A stretch of 64,000 bases of DNA from an uncultured virus (IMG/VR IMGVR_UViG_3300035698_022242) (lineage: Duplodnaviria > Heunggongvirae > Uroviricota > Caudoviricetes). Of the stretch, positions 30,101 through 39,801 are shown in pieces. Numbering within the stretch: position 1 is the stretch's first letter; each line of letters opens with the position of its first letter. The stretch lies in IMG/VR virus record IMGVR_UViG_3300035698_022242; one strand, given 5' to 3'. The notes below the pieces were generated by a model, which made no database searches, had not been told where the DNA came from, and worked only from the letters and a program-made list of their open reading frames with translations. Made by a program: the position numbers and the translations under genes.

Positions 30101-30558
30101 AGATCATCAAACGTATCCACTATGCTGGACGCATACTCATTATACCTTCCGTACAAAGTGTCTAGAACTGGAATTGACATAATTTTATTCTTTATAACAT
30201 ACCTAGCCATTTCTAAAGGAGAAGGATATCTTTTATGCGCTTCATAAAATTTATCCACATCCGGCTTAGCCATAGCTAATGGTTGCCCATTTATCGTAAC
30301 AATTGCGCGTGCTAACGTTTCTAACTGTTCTGTAACAGCTTGGCCAACAGTTGAATTAAATTTGAAAACTTCTTCAAAAATATCACGCAATTCTAGTGGG
30401 GAAAGTGTTCTATAAACAACAATTAAATCCAAATTTTCTTCAGGGATACTAAGAACCTTTAATGGCGCAGATTGTGTATACCCACGCGTAAACAACCCAT
30501 CAAAAATAGAAAAGTCTGATACAGAAATATCTGAAGGAGAAACATCCTTTTTTGACAT
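30073..30558 (-). CDS. Tail assembly chaperone (gpG-like)
   Basis: 161 aa between tube and tape measure; YRTLS...LARAIVTING; ends in LKKK slippery run. Confidence 0.8.
   Translation of the reverse strand: MSKKDVSPSDISVSDFSIFDGLFTRGYTQSAPLKVLSIPEENLDLIVVYRTLSPLELRDIFEEVFKFNSTVGQAVTEQLETLARAIVTINGQPLAMAKPDVDKFYEAHKRYPSPLEMARYVIKNKIMSIPVLDTLYGRYNEYASSIVDTFDDLKKKSEEKE
30091..30100 (-). other. Slippery site (A10) for programmed -1 frameshift
   Basis: CTA AAA AAA AAA TCG on coding strand; -1 frame open to 29618. Confidence 0.8.
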
Positions 30559-30591
30559 TAAGATACCCTTTCGTTTCGTAGTACTATTCTA

Positions 30592-31107
30592 TTATACTTC
30601 TTCGCCAGTAACTGTCCGACACTCAAATGTCATACTTACAGCCACTTTAGCCGAACTTGTATCAATATCTTTTGTTACGCTTGTTGGTACACAATCTCTA
30701 TACGTAATCACACGCGTACGGAATGCTGAAGTCTCTTCACCAGTAACATCAATTGTAGGCGCTGTTTGTGGTGAATTTATATTTTCTGGCTTATGCATTA
30801 CTTCGTTAATATCCACAACTTGATTGAAATCCTCTATACTGTAGATCTGCACTCCAAAAGCCTGAAAAATAGCCTTATCGTATAGCTCTACTTGGGTAAC
30901 GGTGACACTGATATCCGTTCCACCCCAGATAATTTCTTTTGTTTGGGGACCACGGGGGAAATAAATTTCACGAATACGCTCATGAGTACGCGTAAAATTT
31001 GATCCAAACTTCTCAAAAGATCCGATTGGTTCACCACCAACAGTGATCGAGTATGCATAGAATACTGAATGCTGTGTATTCGGAAAAGTCGCATGTGGGT
31101 AAGTCAT
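30592..31107 (-). CDS. Tail tube protein
   Basis: 171 aa directly downstream of sheath; beta-rich, ITYRDCVPTS motif. Confidence 0.8.
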   Translation of the reverse strand: MTYPHATFPNTQHSVFYAYSITVGGEPIGSFEKFGSNFTRTHERIREIYFPRGPQTKEIIWGGTDISVTVTQVELYDKAIFQAFGVQIYSIEDFNQVVDINEVMHKPENINSPQTAPTIDVTGEETSAFRTRVITYRDCVPTSVTKDIDTSSAKVAVSMTFECRTVTGEEV

Positions 31108-31125
31108 TTAATACACCTCTCTAAC

Positions 31126-32490
31126 TTAGAAGCTAAGGACGAACGTGAATGTTATGTCCATCCACTGTAACCCAAAAGCTGGCTTTATTTTACCCGTTAC
31201 ATTAACTCTTCTGGGCTCAGAAGAATCTTGTGTAGCCGTAAGGCTTTTATACTCTGCTACAATACTTCTATCAATCAAACTATCTAAAATTGACACGGAA
31301 GATTGTTTAATAGCTCCGGGTAAAGCACCCGTAATTGGGGAATTCTTATAAATCCGCCACAAACCTTCTCTCCAATATTTCTTGACGTAATCTTTAGTAT
31401 CTTGTACACCAAGATCTTCGGTGAGCGCACTAGTAGTATCTGTGGTAATCGCCATAATATTCCTGGCGACATCACCACTAATCTTAGCGGGGGATACACC
31501 GCGTTGCACCAAATAGTTCGCCTCAGCGGGACTGTAATTATCATCGAACGTAACACCTGGAATAGTCTCATCAGAGATTGTCCGACCAATACCTACTGAA
31601 CAAAGTTTGCCTGCTAACGCCGCATTATAGAAGCGCATATCATATGTATCAGTGACCCCAATACCGCCAACTTGCGTTGTAGTATTCGGAACCGCAGGAG
31701 CAACCATGCGCTCATGTGCATAACTCTGCGCAAACGTAGCTACAGCAACATATCCCTGTGCCTTCTCTAACGCACCGATAACTGTACGTTCTTGTTTGTT
31801 CTCGGGCTGTGAGGCCACAACCGCGTGGTTAAACAAAATCGTAGCTGCAGTCGTGGTATCCAACGTTCCAGAACTCATAGGAACCAAAAGTAATTTATAG
31901 TCTGTGATTTTCTCTAACGCAGTTATTACCTCTGTGAACTCTACTTCTAATTCAGAATTCGTAGGATTCTCACGGTCCACGGCCAAACGCGTATCCAACT
32001 GCGCTATAATTACACCGTTTGAACCAGCGTTTAATGCGAGCATTCCACCTACCGATACATCATTAATTTCCCCATCACTTTTTATAGTATTACCATGATC
32101 TGCGTAAATCAAATTTTCATCGAAATACAGTGTGGGAGTATACGCGGACGCTGCTCGCGTATCTGTATACGTGGTATAGTAATACTCCCCAGCCGTAGGG
32201 GCATCCGCCGCACCAGCCCAGGAGACTGTATTCCCAATTAATGTATAATCTGTCGTAGCTACATATTTCGAAATACCGGGCAAATCACCAATACTTGCAA
32301 TAGCATTTACCGCCGTAGGTGCACTGAGGGTATCTGTACTTCCAGTCCCCCTAAGAATTTTCTCATTAGTGATTACCCGATACACATCGCCTGTACCGAT
32401 AATCACAGGAAACCGCTCATAAGCAGCGGGGGCAACGTTACCAGTGTCGTTTACAATCCGTACTATAATGCCGGGTATGCGTATTGCCAT
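31126..32490 (-). CDS. Contractile tail sheath protein
   Basis: N-terminal IPGIIVR; C-terminal AITTD...EPRRVNVTGKIKPAFGLQWMDITF sheath motif. Confidence 0.9.
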   Translation of the reverse strand: MAIRIPGIIVRIVNDTGNVAPAAYERFPVIIGTGDVYRVITNEKILRGTGSTDTLSAPTAVNAIASIGDLPGISKYVATTDYTLIGNTVSWAGAADAPTAGEYYYTTYTDTRAASAYTPTLYFDENLIYADHGNTIKSDGEINDVSVGGMLALNAGSNGVIIAQLDTRLAVDRENPTNSELEVEFTEVITALEKITDYKLLLVPMSSGTLDTTTAATILFNHAVVASQPENKQERTVIGALEKAQGYVAVATFAQSYAHERMVAPAVPNTTTQVGGIGVTDTYDMRFYNAALAGKLCSVGIGRTISDETIPGVTFDDNYSPAEANYLVQRGVSPAKISGDVARNIMAITTDTTSALTEDLGVQDTKDYVKKYWREGLWRIYKNSPITGALPGAIKQSSVSILDSLIDRSIVAEYKSLTATQDSSEPRRVNVTGKIKPAFGLQWMDITFTFVLSF

Positions 32491-32545
32491 AATTATCTCC
32501 TATCACACACACATATGCGAAGTTAGGCCATCAATTACCTGTTAA

Positions 32546-32578
32546 AGACTACCACTAAACCTTTTCAAATATTTAACT
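32546..32578 (-). promoter_or_regulatory. Putative late promoter AGTTAA-N21-TAGTCT
   Basis: Recurring motif in intergenic region upstream of sheath. Confidence 0.45.
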
Positions 32579-32589
32579 ATTGTATGTAC

Positions 32590-33219
32590 TTATTCAAATT
32601 CCATTTTTGCAGAAACATCGACAATAATATCACCTAAGGTTAATCTCTCATGTTCTATATTATCTTCCCAACGACCCAGTACTGTTAGTCCCAGCGTTTT
32701 TGTGTACACTGGGTGATCTATTCCGGGCTCAAAACGTTCCCCATCGCTACCAATGCTTAACCCCTCTGGTAAAACCAAATAATTTTGATCAAAATAGTAC
32801 TTTGCATCTGGGTGTGATAAGAAGACGCACACAACATCAGTTAATCTATCACGTTCTTCCCCAGTATTTGCCCATATTTCAATGTCCAACGATACATTAA
32901 AGTCCCCGCCATATGATTTTATTTCATTTACAGTTGTAGAATCAACTACTTCAGTATCATTCCTAAGAAGATCTCTAGAAAATGAAACATATTCCATGGC
33001 TCCAGTAGCATCCCCCACAGTTACAAACGGTAACTCTGGACGGGTAGTCCATGACCCTTCCTTTACTGAATATGGTTTATTTGAAAACACATAATTCTTT
33101 GTTCCATCATAAAACTGTAATTGTCCCTTAGAATTAGCATAAAAAATATAGTTAAGATATTTAACTACAAAATCTTTAATAAACCATGTTCCACGAAACC
33201 ATGTAGTTAACGCAGCCAT
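32590..33219 (-). CDS. Tail completion/terminator protein
   Basis: ELPFVTV...LDIEIWANTGEERDRLTD pattern; upstream of sheath. Confidence 0.7.
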   Translation of the reverse strand: MAALTTWFRGTWFIKDFVVKYLNYIFYANSKGQLQFYDGTKNYVFSNKPYSVKEGSWTTRPELPFVTVGDATGAMEYVSFSRDLLRNDTEVVDSTTVNEIKSYGGDFNVSLDIEIWANTGEERDRLTDVVCVFLSHPDAKYYFDQNYLVLPEGLSIGSDGERFEPGIDHPVYTKTLGLTVLGRWEDNIEHERLTLGDIIVDVSAKMEFE

Positions 33220-33221
33220 AA

Positions 33222-34136
33222 TTAACTCCCAACCTCATAAGAAATATTATATATGCTACTACGTGGATCCAATTCTACCATATCAAAGTGTTGAGATACC
33301 AAAATATTTTCAATATAAATAGGGGTATAGTTAATTATCTGAAAACGCTGACTTGTTGCGCTTCTAATCACAATGTCATGTTCCGCTACTTGTGGACTAT
33401 ACGGCGGCGGTACCGTCCAAAAATCCGACCGAGTTTCTCTTAAAAGACCTCCATCAGTAATTACAAAATCTGACTGAACGCCTGGGAATGCAAGCAAAAA
33501 TGCATTCGGTTTATTCCGGCTACGAATCTTAGAATTAGACTTCCTCCATTGATCGAACCCAAATAAGGATCTTTGAAAACCATCCCCGTCATCCACCACA
33601 GGTTGCATGCCGGAAAAGTTGACCTTTGGATTAATCGTACCAAAATTAAAAATTGACGTATTCGTGCTTGTAAATGGGGGCGTATTAAACACCACATAAG
33701 CGGCATCAGGGATTGCCACACCCTCATTTGTCATCTCATCTTGGTATAAATCGAACGCATATTCTGATCGATCTTCAATAAACGAATACTTATCTACTGC
33801 GGACTCCCACACAGAAGTCGTAGCAGACGCCTGTACAGTCGCTGTAAGCGTTCCAATATCTGGATAGGACGTACCCCTGTCAGTGGTCGCTGACCACAAG
33901 CAGTACCGCATATAACCCGTGTCAGGGTCAACCGAGTAGGACCCCGCAGACGCAGTTTCGGTAATCGTGCTTACACTGCGTGCACTTTTTTGGAACGTAG
34001 TCCCATAACGCGACTTGCGCTGCAGCAAGTAACACGCCTCCCCACCGACCTCAAGTAAGGTCATATTTTGCTTCACGGCTAAACTTAGAATTCTAGTTGA
34101 TCGCCGTGTCTTATATGGGCGTACCCAGAAAGGCAA
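33222..34136 (-). CDS. Head-tail neck (head closure) protein
   Basis: GGEACYLLQRK...WTVPPPYSPQVAEHDIVIR...RFQI pattern; position. Confidence 0.6.
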   Translation of the reverse strand: MPFWVRPYKTRRSTRILSLAVKQNMTLLEVGGEACYLLQRKSRYGTTFQKSARSVSTITETASAGSYSVDPDTGYMRYCLWSATTDRGTSYPDIGTLTATVQASATTSVWESAVDKYSFIEDRSEYAFDLYQDEMTNEGVAIPDAAYVVFNTPPFTSTNTSIFNFGTINPKVNFSGMQPVVDDGDGFQRSLFGFDQWRKSNSKIRSRNKPNAFLLAFPGVQSDFVITDGGLLRETRSDFWTVPPPYSPQVAEHDIVIRSATSQRFQIINYTPIYIENILVSQHFDMVELDPRSSIYNISYEVGS

Positions 34137-34583
34137 TTAATCAAACTCCGCAGTAAGTTCAAATTTTACAGCATCACCAGGACCAGTCCACGACGGCGAT
34201 ACCACATACGCATGCAATGTCCACCAGCCCGCTTCATCCCAATCACCATCCTGCACGGTGTATTGGAGTGTTGTGTACTCCCCCATTGCATCAGCCGGAC
34301 CTAACTCAGCTACCCACGTAATGCGTTTGCCAGACGGCTTACGCACAACAAAAGATAAAGATGTCGCATCAGATATGGCTTGCCCAGCAGCTACTCTAAT
34401 AACCGTTCCGATAGTTTCAACATAATGTTTGCTCATGTTTTTTTTACCTACCTCTAAATAAAGAATTTTCTGCAAATATGAATTTATAATTAATGTTGTA
34501 TCTACATATGATTTGCCTAAAAATGCAGAAAATGAATCATTATCATCCATCAATTTACTAATATATGAATCAAGTAAAAGCAT
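34137..34583 (-). CDS. Small structural protein (BppU-like Ig domain)
   Basis: VRKPSGK...LQYTVQDGDWDEAGWW; alternative start 34436 has GAGG RBS. Confidence 0.55.
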   Translation of the reverse strand: MLLLDSYISKLMDDNDSFSAFLGKSYVDTTLIINSYLQKILYLEVGKKNMSKHYVETIGTVIRVAAGQAISDATSLSFVVRKPSGKRITWVAELGPADAMGEYTTLQYTVQDGDWDEAGWWTLHAYVVSPSWTGPGDAVKFELTAEFD

Positions 34584-34584
34584 A

Positions 34585-35454
34585 TTATACGAATGCACTA
34601 CTCAACATACGCGACCAAAAACCACTAGGCATAGCAGACAATTGCCGTGCAGCACGCACACCACCAGGCATCCATTGGAACATAACCATACCTTTTGAAC
34701 GGTACTGTTGTTTAAACTGCATAAGCTGCTTATCAAAACGCGAAGTCAATGTAGCCAAGTATTGCGATATCTTCCCAAAATGATCAATCACTAGGCTATT
34801 ACCGCCTAATGAATAACTATAATCTGTATCTATCGCGAATATTCCTTGCGATTCTAATGCCGCAATTACGGCTGCGTCTGTAAGAATCATCCCATATTGT
34901 CCCCACGGAAAGTTTGCGGGACTAAACCCAGTGTACGGAGAAACTGCATTGATCATCTGTGCGCCACGTTCTAAGTAGTATATCAAATGTTTATCATCGT
35001 ATCCGTAGAACATCTGTACAGACGGGTCATTCTCGGCATTGTCCATATTTTCGATAGGATCCGAGATAGACTTCCTAGCTTTATCCACCTGAACACGCAA
35101 AGCAGCCGCACGCGCAAAGAACACCGCAGGCTCGCTTTTTATGAATATATTCTGATTAATAATCTCACCACGCAGAACACAGCGGAACGCAGCAAGGTAT
35201 TCCCGAGTATATGTAGACGTATCTAAGTTATACTGGTATACACCAGGAGCGGGATGCACGATTTCTGCACTACCGCTTGGACCAAATGTTAGTGTAATTG
35301 CAGTAGTATTATTTGAAATATCAATAAGAGTAAATGTACTCGTCCCGTAGACATCAACAAGAGTGTCCGTGTTTGGATCCCGAACAAAGATAGTTAAATA
35401 CTCTGTTTGGTTTGCAAGAAACACATCAAAGTCTGTAAATGACTGCGCCATCAA
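34585..35454 (-). CDS. Head-tail adaptor protein
   Basis: N-terminal Ig-like part (PGVYQY) plus helical domain with DYSYSLGGNSLVID; position. Confidence 0.65.
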   Translation of the reverse strand: MMAQSFTDFDVFLANQTEYLTIFVRDPNTDTLVDVYGTSTFTLIDISNNTTAITLTFGPSGSAEIVHPAPGVYQYNLDTSTYTREYLAAFRCVLRGEIINQNIFIKSEPAVFFARAAALRVQVDKARKSISDPIENMDNAENDPSVQMFYGYDDKHLIYYLERGAQMINAVSPYTGFSPANFPWGQYGMILTDAAVIAALESQGIFAIDTDYSYSLGGNSLVIDHFGKISQYLATLTSRFDKQLMQFKQQYRSKGMVMFQWMPGGVRAARQLSAMPSGFWSRMLSSAFV

Positions 35455-35675
35455 GTACCACCAAATAGTACCTTTTTAAGATCGCGAACAGAAGCATCGA
35501 ATTTACGTGCTTCAGAATTCAGGTACATTAATTTAACTTGCTTGTCGTCTTTATCCACCAAATCTATAGAAAATTTAAAAGATTTTCCTAAACGTTTCGC
35601 AGACGTAAGCTCGAATCCCTGCATATGTAAATACGCAGCAAAGCTTAAATCATTAGTGTACAATATGTTAGACAT
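35451..35675 (-). CDS. DUF5659-like small protein
   Basis: YTNDLSFAAYL motif. Confidence 0.6.
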   Translation of the reverse strand: MSNILYTNDLSFAAYLHMQGFELTSAKRLGKSFKFSIDLVDKDDKQVKLMYLNSEARKFDASVRDLKKVLFGGT

Positions 35676-36393
35676 GCTCTAAGTTCCAGTGGTCAAATAC
35701 AAAACCTACTCGATAATCCTCATCAACGATTGCCACAAAATTAGCATCATCCAAACTACCTGACCCAATTACTTCTAACACTTCATTAGCAAATAACCTA
35801 TGGGAGACTGCGCTTCCAGGCTCAAGCTCATCAAGAATTGATGACCCCGTTACCTGTGCAATAATCTCTTTAGACTCTTTACGCATACCTGACGCAACAC
35901 TTTTCATCTTACTTTTTTCAGAAGTTTGCGATAAGATATACTCACTATACAAATGAAAACCAAGATCTTTTACACGCGCATTAATAAATGACACACAATG
36001 TTGGATAGCATTGATCTCAGAGGCGCGCTCAAGAATACCGATAAAAGAATCCTTTGTTACGCCGCGTGTAATATACCAATGTTTATCTTTTGGTTCTTTT
36101 TTATGATTCCCAATAACCTTAGTAATAAAAGACCCAAACGTACCTTTTGATGCTTTTTTAAGAAGTTTGGTACTTCCACTGAAGGTATCGAACAAGAAGA
36201 TATGAAGACTTTCTAACCATTCTTCTGGGTGTGCAATATCCGCTTTCTTTGCAAAGTCAAGTATCTTATCTATATCGCCGTCATTACTTTCCCAAAATGA
36301 TTCCCAATTTTCTTTATGCACCTCTGGGAAATGATAAAAATTATAAGGAATATCCATTCCCAGCCCATGTTTCTGTGCGGTAAGTAGCGGCAT
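35668..36393 (-). CDS. Hypothetical protein
   Basis: 241 aa, AGGAG RBS. Confidence 0.6.
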   Translation of the reverse strand: MPLLTAQKHGLGMDIPYNFYHFPEVHKENWESFWESNDGDIDKILDFAKKADIAHPEEWLESLHIFLFDTFSGSTKLLKKASKGTFGSFITKVIGNHKKEPKDKHWYITRGVTKDSFIGILERASEINAIQHCVSFINARVKDLGFHLYSEYILSQTSEKSKMKSVASGMRKESKEIIAQVTGSSILDELEPGSAVSHRLFANEVLEVIGSGSLDDANFVAIVDEDYRVGFVFDHWNLEHV

Positions 36394-36412
36394 TTCTCTC
36401 TCCTATTATGAT

Positions 36413-36446
36413 AAGTATGGGGGAAACTTTCGTCTCCCCCATACTT
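36413..36446 (-). terminator. Strong hairpin (GAAA tetraloop), terminator-like, possibly bidirectional
   Basis: AAGTATGGGGGAGAC-GAAA-GTTTCCCCCATACTT directly after stop of 36451..37137. Confidence 0.65.
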
Positions 36447-36450
36447 TTTC

Positions 36451-37137
36451 TTATCCTTCTTGAATTAATCTGTTAGACTGGTCTCTTGCCCAATCTTGAA
36501 TTTTAGGAAACACACCATTTGCAACCAAATAATTATAATCATTAATATTTAGGATCTCTTCTTGCTCAAGCAAACGTTCCATCGCTTGTTGCTCAGTCAA
36601 CGCAGCATGCCGCGCCTTCAAGCAAATATCCCCAACCTTGGTATTAACATCGGTATGCCCAAGCTGACTTTTTGACACAGGAGGATTTTTCTTACGAAGC
36701 TCGTTACGCTTGTTTCCCTTACCATGATCTAAGATGGCACTGATCTTATTTGCCATAGCGTCTTTACGCCCCTTATTCTCAAGGTAGTAATCCTCAGCAA
36801 ACTCTGGATCTAAAACCTCTAAAATTTCAGAACGTACAAGTTTGTACAAATCCATGCACTCGCTTAAAAGCTTAGGAACAACTTGGTCTGAAAGACATAC
36901 AGGATCATTCCCTGGAGGAACTACAACGACGTCTACCATAGCGCCATTACGAACTTCCATAACAACGTTTGCCGGTTCTTTACCCGTTACTTTATGGTAG
37001 CAATTTTTTACCCAGACTTCAGAACCATCTGCGAACAACGATTGGAGTGTTAATCTTTTGTACTGTTTCGATTCTCTTTTTTTTACCATTACCTTCTCCT
37101 CAGTTTGACTTTTCGTTTCGGTACGTAATTGCACCAT
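36451..37137 (-). CDS. Hypothetical protein (head/neck region)
   Basis: 228 aa ORF. Confidence 0.65.
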   Translation of the reverse strand: MVQLRTETKSQTEEKVMVKKRESKQYKRLTLQSLFADGSEVWVKNCYHKVTGKEPANVVMEVRNGAMVDVVVVPPGNDPVCLSDQVVPKLLSECMDLYKLVRSEILEVLDPEFAEDYYLENKGRKDAMANKISAILDHGKGNKRNELRKKNPPVSKSQLGHTDVNTKVGDICLKARHAALTEQQAMERLLEQEEILNINDYNYLVANGVFPKIQDWARDQSNRLIQEG

Positions 37138-37144
37138 TGTACAA

Positions 37145-37176
37145 AGTCTACTCTCATACGAATAAAAAGTTTAAGT
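37145..37176 (-). promoter_or_regulatory. Putative promoter ACTTAA-N20-TAGACT (leaderless)
   Basis: Recurring motif; -10 is 7 nt before ATG 37137, no SD. Confidence 0.4.
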
Positions 37177-37183
37177 GTTGTAT

Positions 37184-37218
37184 AAAAAAATGGGGGATGC
37201 TAATGAATAGCACCCCCC
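37184..37218 (-). terminator. Rho-independent terminator
   Basis: GGGGGGTGCTA-TTCAT-TAGCATCCCCC followed by ATTTTTTT. Confidence 0.75.
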
Positions 37219-37243
37219 TATGTTATATCGGGCGTTATAAGCG

Positions 37244-37705
37244 TTACTTGCGCGAACGCTTAAGATTCTCAGAGCGTTTTCGCAAACGTGCTTTTCTACT
37301 TTCTCGAAAAGACTCAAGCATATCTTTTGCTTTTTTGCGTTTTGCTGCGATAGCCTTAAGACGTCTCTTAATAGCCGCTTTCTTCGTAGTCGGTGACCTA
37401 CGAACCTTGCGAGTAGCTGCGCGTGCTTTTTCGACTCGCTGACTAGGCTGTTGTACCGCACCCTTAACTTTAGGGATACGAGATCGGCCCTCTTCCAAAA
37501 CCCTAGCTAACGCCCGCTTAATCAGTGAAAAACCATCTGGTCCACAACCATCCAATTTTGCACAGTAGTAATCCACTTTAGCAGCCAAATCGTGATGACC
37601 TTCACGCTCAAAATACTCAGCGGAAAGATCTAGACGATTTTGCACTGCTTCTTTGGAAAATGTACTAGCTTTATTCTGGTTGGACTTTTTTGTCCTACGG
37701 TCCAT
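37244..37705 (-). CDS. Highly basic Lys/Arg-rich protein (putative DNA-binding core protein)
   Basis: ORF 37244..37726, ATG 37705 with GGAGG RBS; C-terminal half very K/R-rich; directly after major capsid gene. Confidence 0.6.
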   Translation of the reverse strand: MDRRTKKSNQNKASTFSKEAVQNRLDLSAEYFEREGHHDLAAKVDYYCAKLDGCGPDGFSLIKRALARVLEEGRSRIPKVKGAVQQPSQRVEKARAATRKVRRSPTTKKAAIKRRLKAIAAKRKKAKDMLESFRESRKARLRKRSENLKRSRK

Positions 37706-37760
37706 TTCATCCTCCGCAATATACAAAGCCGCTAGTGTAATTTCACTACGGAATGATTAG

Positions 37761-37802
37761 AAAAAATATACTACTTACAGTAATATAATACTGTAAGTAG
37801 TA
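37761..37802 (-). terminator. Terminator after major capsid gene
   Basis: 14-bp perfect stem TACTACTTACAGTA/TACTGTAAGTAGTA with 6-nt loop, then TATTTTTT. Confidence 0.7.
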
Positions 37803-37823
37803 CATTAATCATCAACTTACTTC

Positions 37824-38966
37824 TTAAGTCTTGGACCCGAGGGCCACACCAGCTGGATTGACCAGAACCTGACTGATCAACTCATACCAGAACCAACCTT
37901 GACGAGGTCTACCTTCCATGAACTCATTTACTGGCTCAGAGAAAAGCTCGACACGAATAGGCATACCACCCAAGTACTCAGGAGCAGTAACGGCCACAAC
38001 TTCGCCAGGTTCCAAAATCTCAAAAGTCTGAGTACCGGCAGTTGTGATAATCATGGCATTCAATACTGTACCAATATAACCAGCCAAGATTAATTCGCGT
38101 TGGGTAACTGGATCAACCTGTTGTGACAAGGTATTCACCAGATCGCTAACTTCTTGACGATGAATAATGAACTTATCACAAATCAACCGATGCCGTTCAA
38201 TCTGGTACCGGATGGATTCCAACGCAGCCAAGTTAAGAGTGGCAAACGCTGTGGTTGTGTTTACTTGATTAGCACCAGATTGCAACAGATTAATCAGCGC
38301 CAAATCTTCTTGATACTCAATCGCCATACGCGCACGATCTTGGACACGTGCTAAGATATCATACTGCGCACGATACTTGTCTTTGATCTCGATTGAGGGA
38401 TAAGCAGTTACTTCAAACTCTGGGGGATAGATGTAACGTCCCTCGACAACGGATTGTGGAGTCTGACCATCTTCTGCGATGACCCAGGCCTTCACATATA
38501 CATCCTTGTCGTAACGAACCACTTCACCGGCTTTTACGGTTCTTGGCGCGAATACTTTGCGTGCAAGTCCCTCATAGTCGATAACTTCTTTGATCGGATT
38601 TAAGAGACCCTGGCCGACCTGACGGAATCCTTCACTACTTGGATCCGAAAATGCTTCTCGAATGATAGCATCGCTCTCATCAGCGCCCATTCCATCACCG
38701 GCAAACGAAGCGCTTTTTTGCAGATCAACAGTATATGATCCGTCACTGATCGAATCCAACACATGTTGGATCGTATGCAGCGCTTCTTTGGTGTTCGAGG
38801 CGTTCAGTTCGCCGCGATTGTTAAACATACGTTCGTTGGCGGAACGAGACAACGATCCAGACCGACGGGTACGTCCAACGTTTAGGGGATTAAACTCGTC
38901 CCCAGTGGCCCGGTCTACATTTACCATGCCGGAAGCCTTCTTTACATAGGGATTAATCTTACTCAT
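37824..38966 (-). CDS. Major capsid protein (HK97 fold)
   Basis: 380 aa; VIDYEGLARKV, PEFEVTAYPSI, AIEYQED, GWFWYELISQVLVNPAGV; strong AAGGAGG RBS; downstream of protease/scaffold. Confidence 0.88.
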   Translation of the reverse strand: MSKINPYVKKASGMVNVDRATGDEFNPLNVGRTRRSGSLSRSANERMFNNRGELNASNTKEALHTIQHVLDSISDGSYTVDLQKSASFAGDGMGADESDAIIREAFSDPSSEGFRQVGQGLLNPIKEVIDYEGLARKVFAPRTVKAGEVVRYDKDVYVKAWVIAEDGQTPQSVVEGRYIYPPEFEVTAYPSIEIKDKYRAQYDILARVQDRARMAIEYQEDLALINLLQSGANQVNTTTAFATLNLAALESIRYQIERHRLICDKFIIHRQEVSDLVNTLSQQVDPVTQRELILAGYIGTVLNAMIITTAGTQTFEILEPGEVVAVTAPEYLGGMPIRVELFSEPVNEFMEGRPRQGWFWYELISQVLVNPAGVALGSKT

Positions 38967-39025
38967 TTGCTTCCTCCTTAAAAAATCAAACGGTTAATAT
39001 TGGAATAGACTCCCGGCCTACCCAA

Positions 39026-39745
39026 TTATGCAGCTACCGTAACCTGTTGTACGCCCAAGAAAGGATCAGACGCGGTAGGAACTTTAACCACACGGCCACA
39101 AGCAGAAGTATACGTACCAACGGTAGTCCACAGACTGTTTGCGTCAGAATACAACGTAGAATTCAGTGTATAAGTCTGGGTAGGATCATACTGATCGGTA
39201 TAAAGCAGTGCATCACCAGTACAAACGGTAATCTTACTTGATCCGAGAGTATCATTAGGCTGACGATCATAATTCTGACCAGCAGCAGTCCACTGAGTGG
39301 ACACGTTATCCCAGTACACTTCAGCGTTTTGCACGGTATAGCGGTACCACACAAGAACACTAGCTAACGCAGCAATCGCTCCGCCAGCAACGCGGGTTAC
39401 GACACCATTAGCCGCTGCGATGGTATAGTCAACACCCTGGGTATAAACTGTCGCACCATCTGCACTGGTTACTTTTACAAAAGCAGTACTAGATACATTA
39501 CCCTTGCTCAAGTTAATCGTACCAGCGGCACTGAACGTACCTGCTTCAACAGTTGCACGCAACCAACTTGCGGCAGCATCTTTCCAGAAAGTACCGATAG
39601 GCACTGTTCCAGATGCGCCAGTAGTAGCGACAGCCGATCCACCGGAGGTTGTTAAAAACGCAACCATACCAGCATAGATATTAACATTACCGTCAACATC
39701 GAAGAACGGGCGAGAATAAGCATAACCTCTTTTTTTATCTAGCAT
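39026..39745 (-). CDS. Capsid decoration/cement protein
   Basis: IYAGMVA...GSSKITV...GRVVKVPTASDPFLGV; immediately upstream of MCP. Confidence 0.65.
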   Translation of the reverse strand: MLDKKRGYAYSRPFFDVDGNVNIYAGMVAFLTTSGGSAVATTGASGTVPIGTFWKDAAASWLRATVEAGTFSAAGTINLSKGNVSSTAFVKVTSADGATVYTQGVDYTIAAANGVVTRVAGGAIAALASVLVWYRYTVQNAEVYWDNVSTQWTAAGQNYDRQPNDTLGSSKITVCTGDALLYTDQYDPTQTYTLNSTLYSDANSLWTTVGTYTSACGRVVKVPTASDPFLGVQQVTVAA

Positions 39746-39801
39746 GTTTCTTTCCTCTTTTAGTTTTGGCGGTTCAAAATCAAAGTGTTTATAAGTGAAC
39801 T

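Noticed and set aside
19417..32490. Extracellular contractile injection system, tailocin or T6SS
   Set aside because: Terminase, portal, protease and capsid genes are linked, so this is a phage tail module
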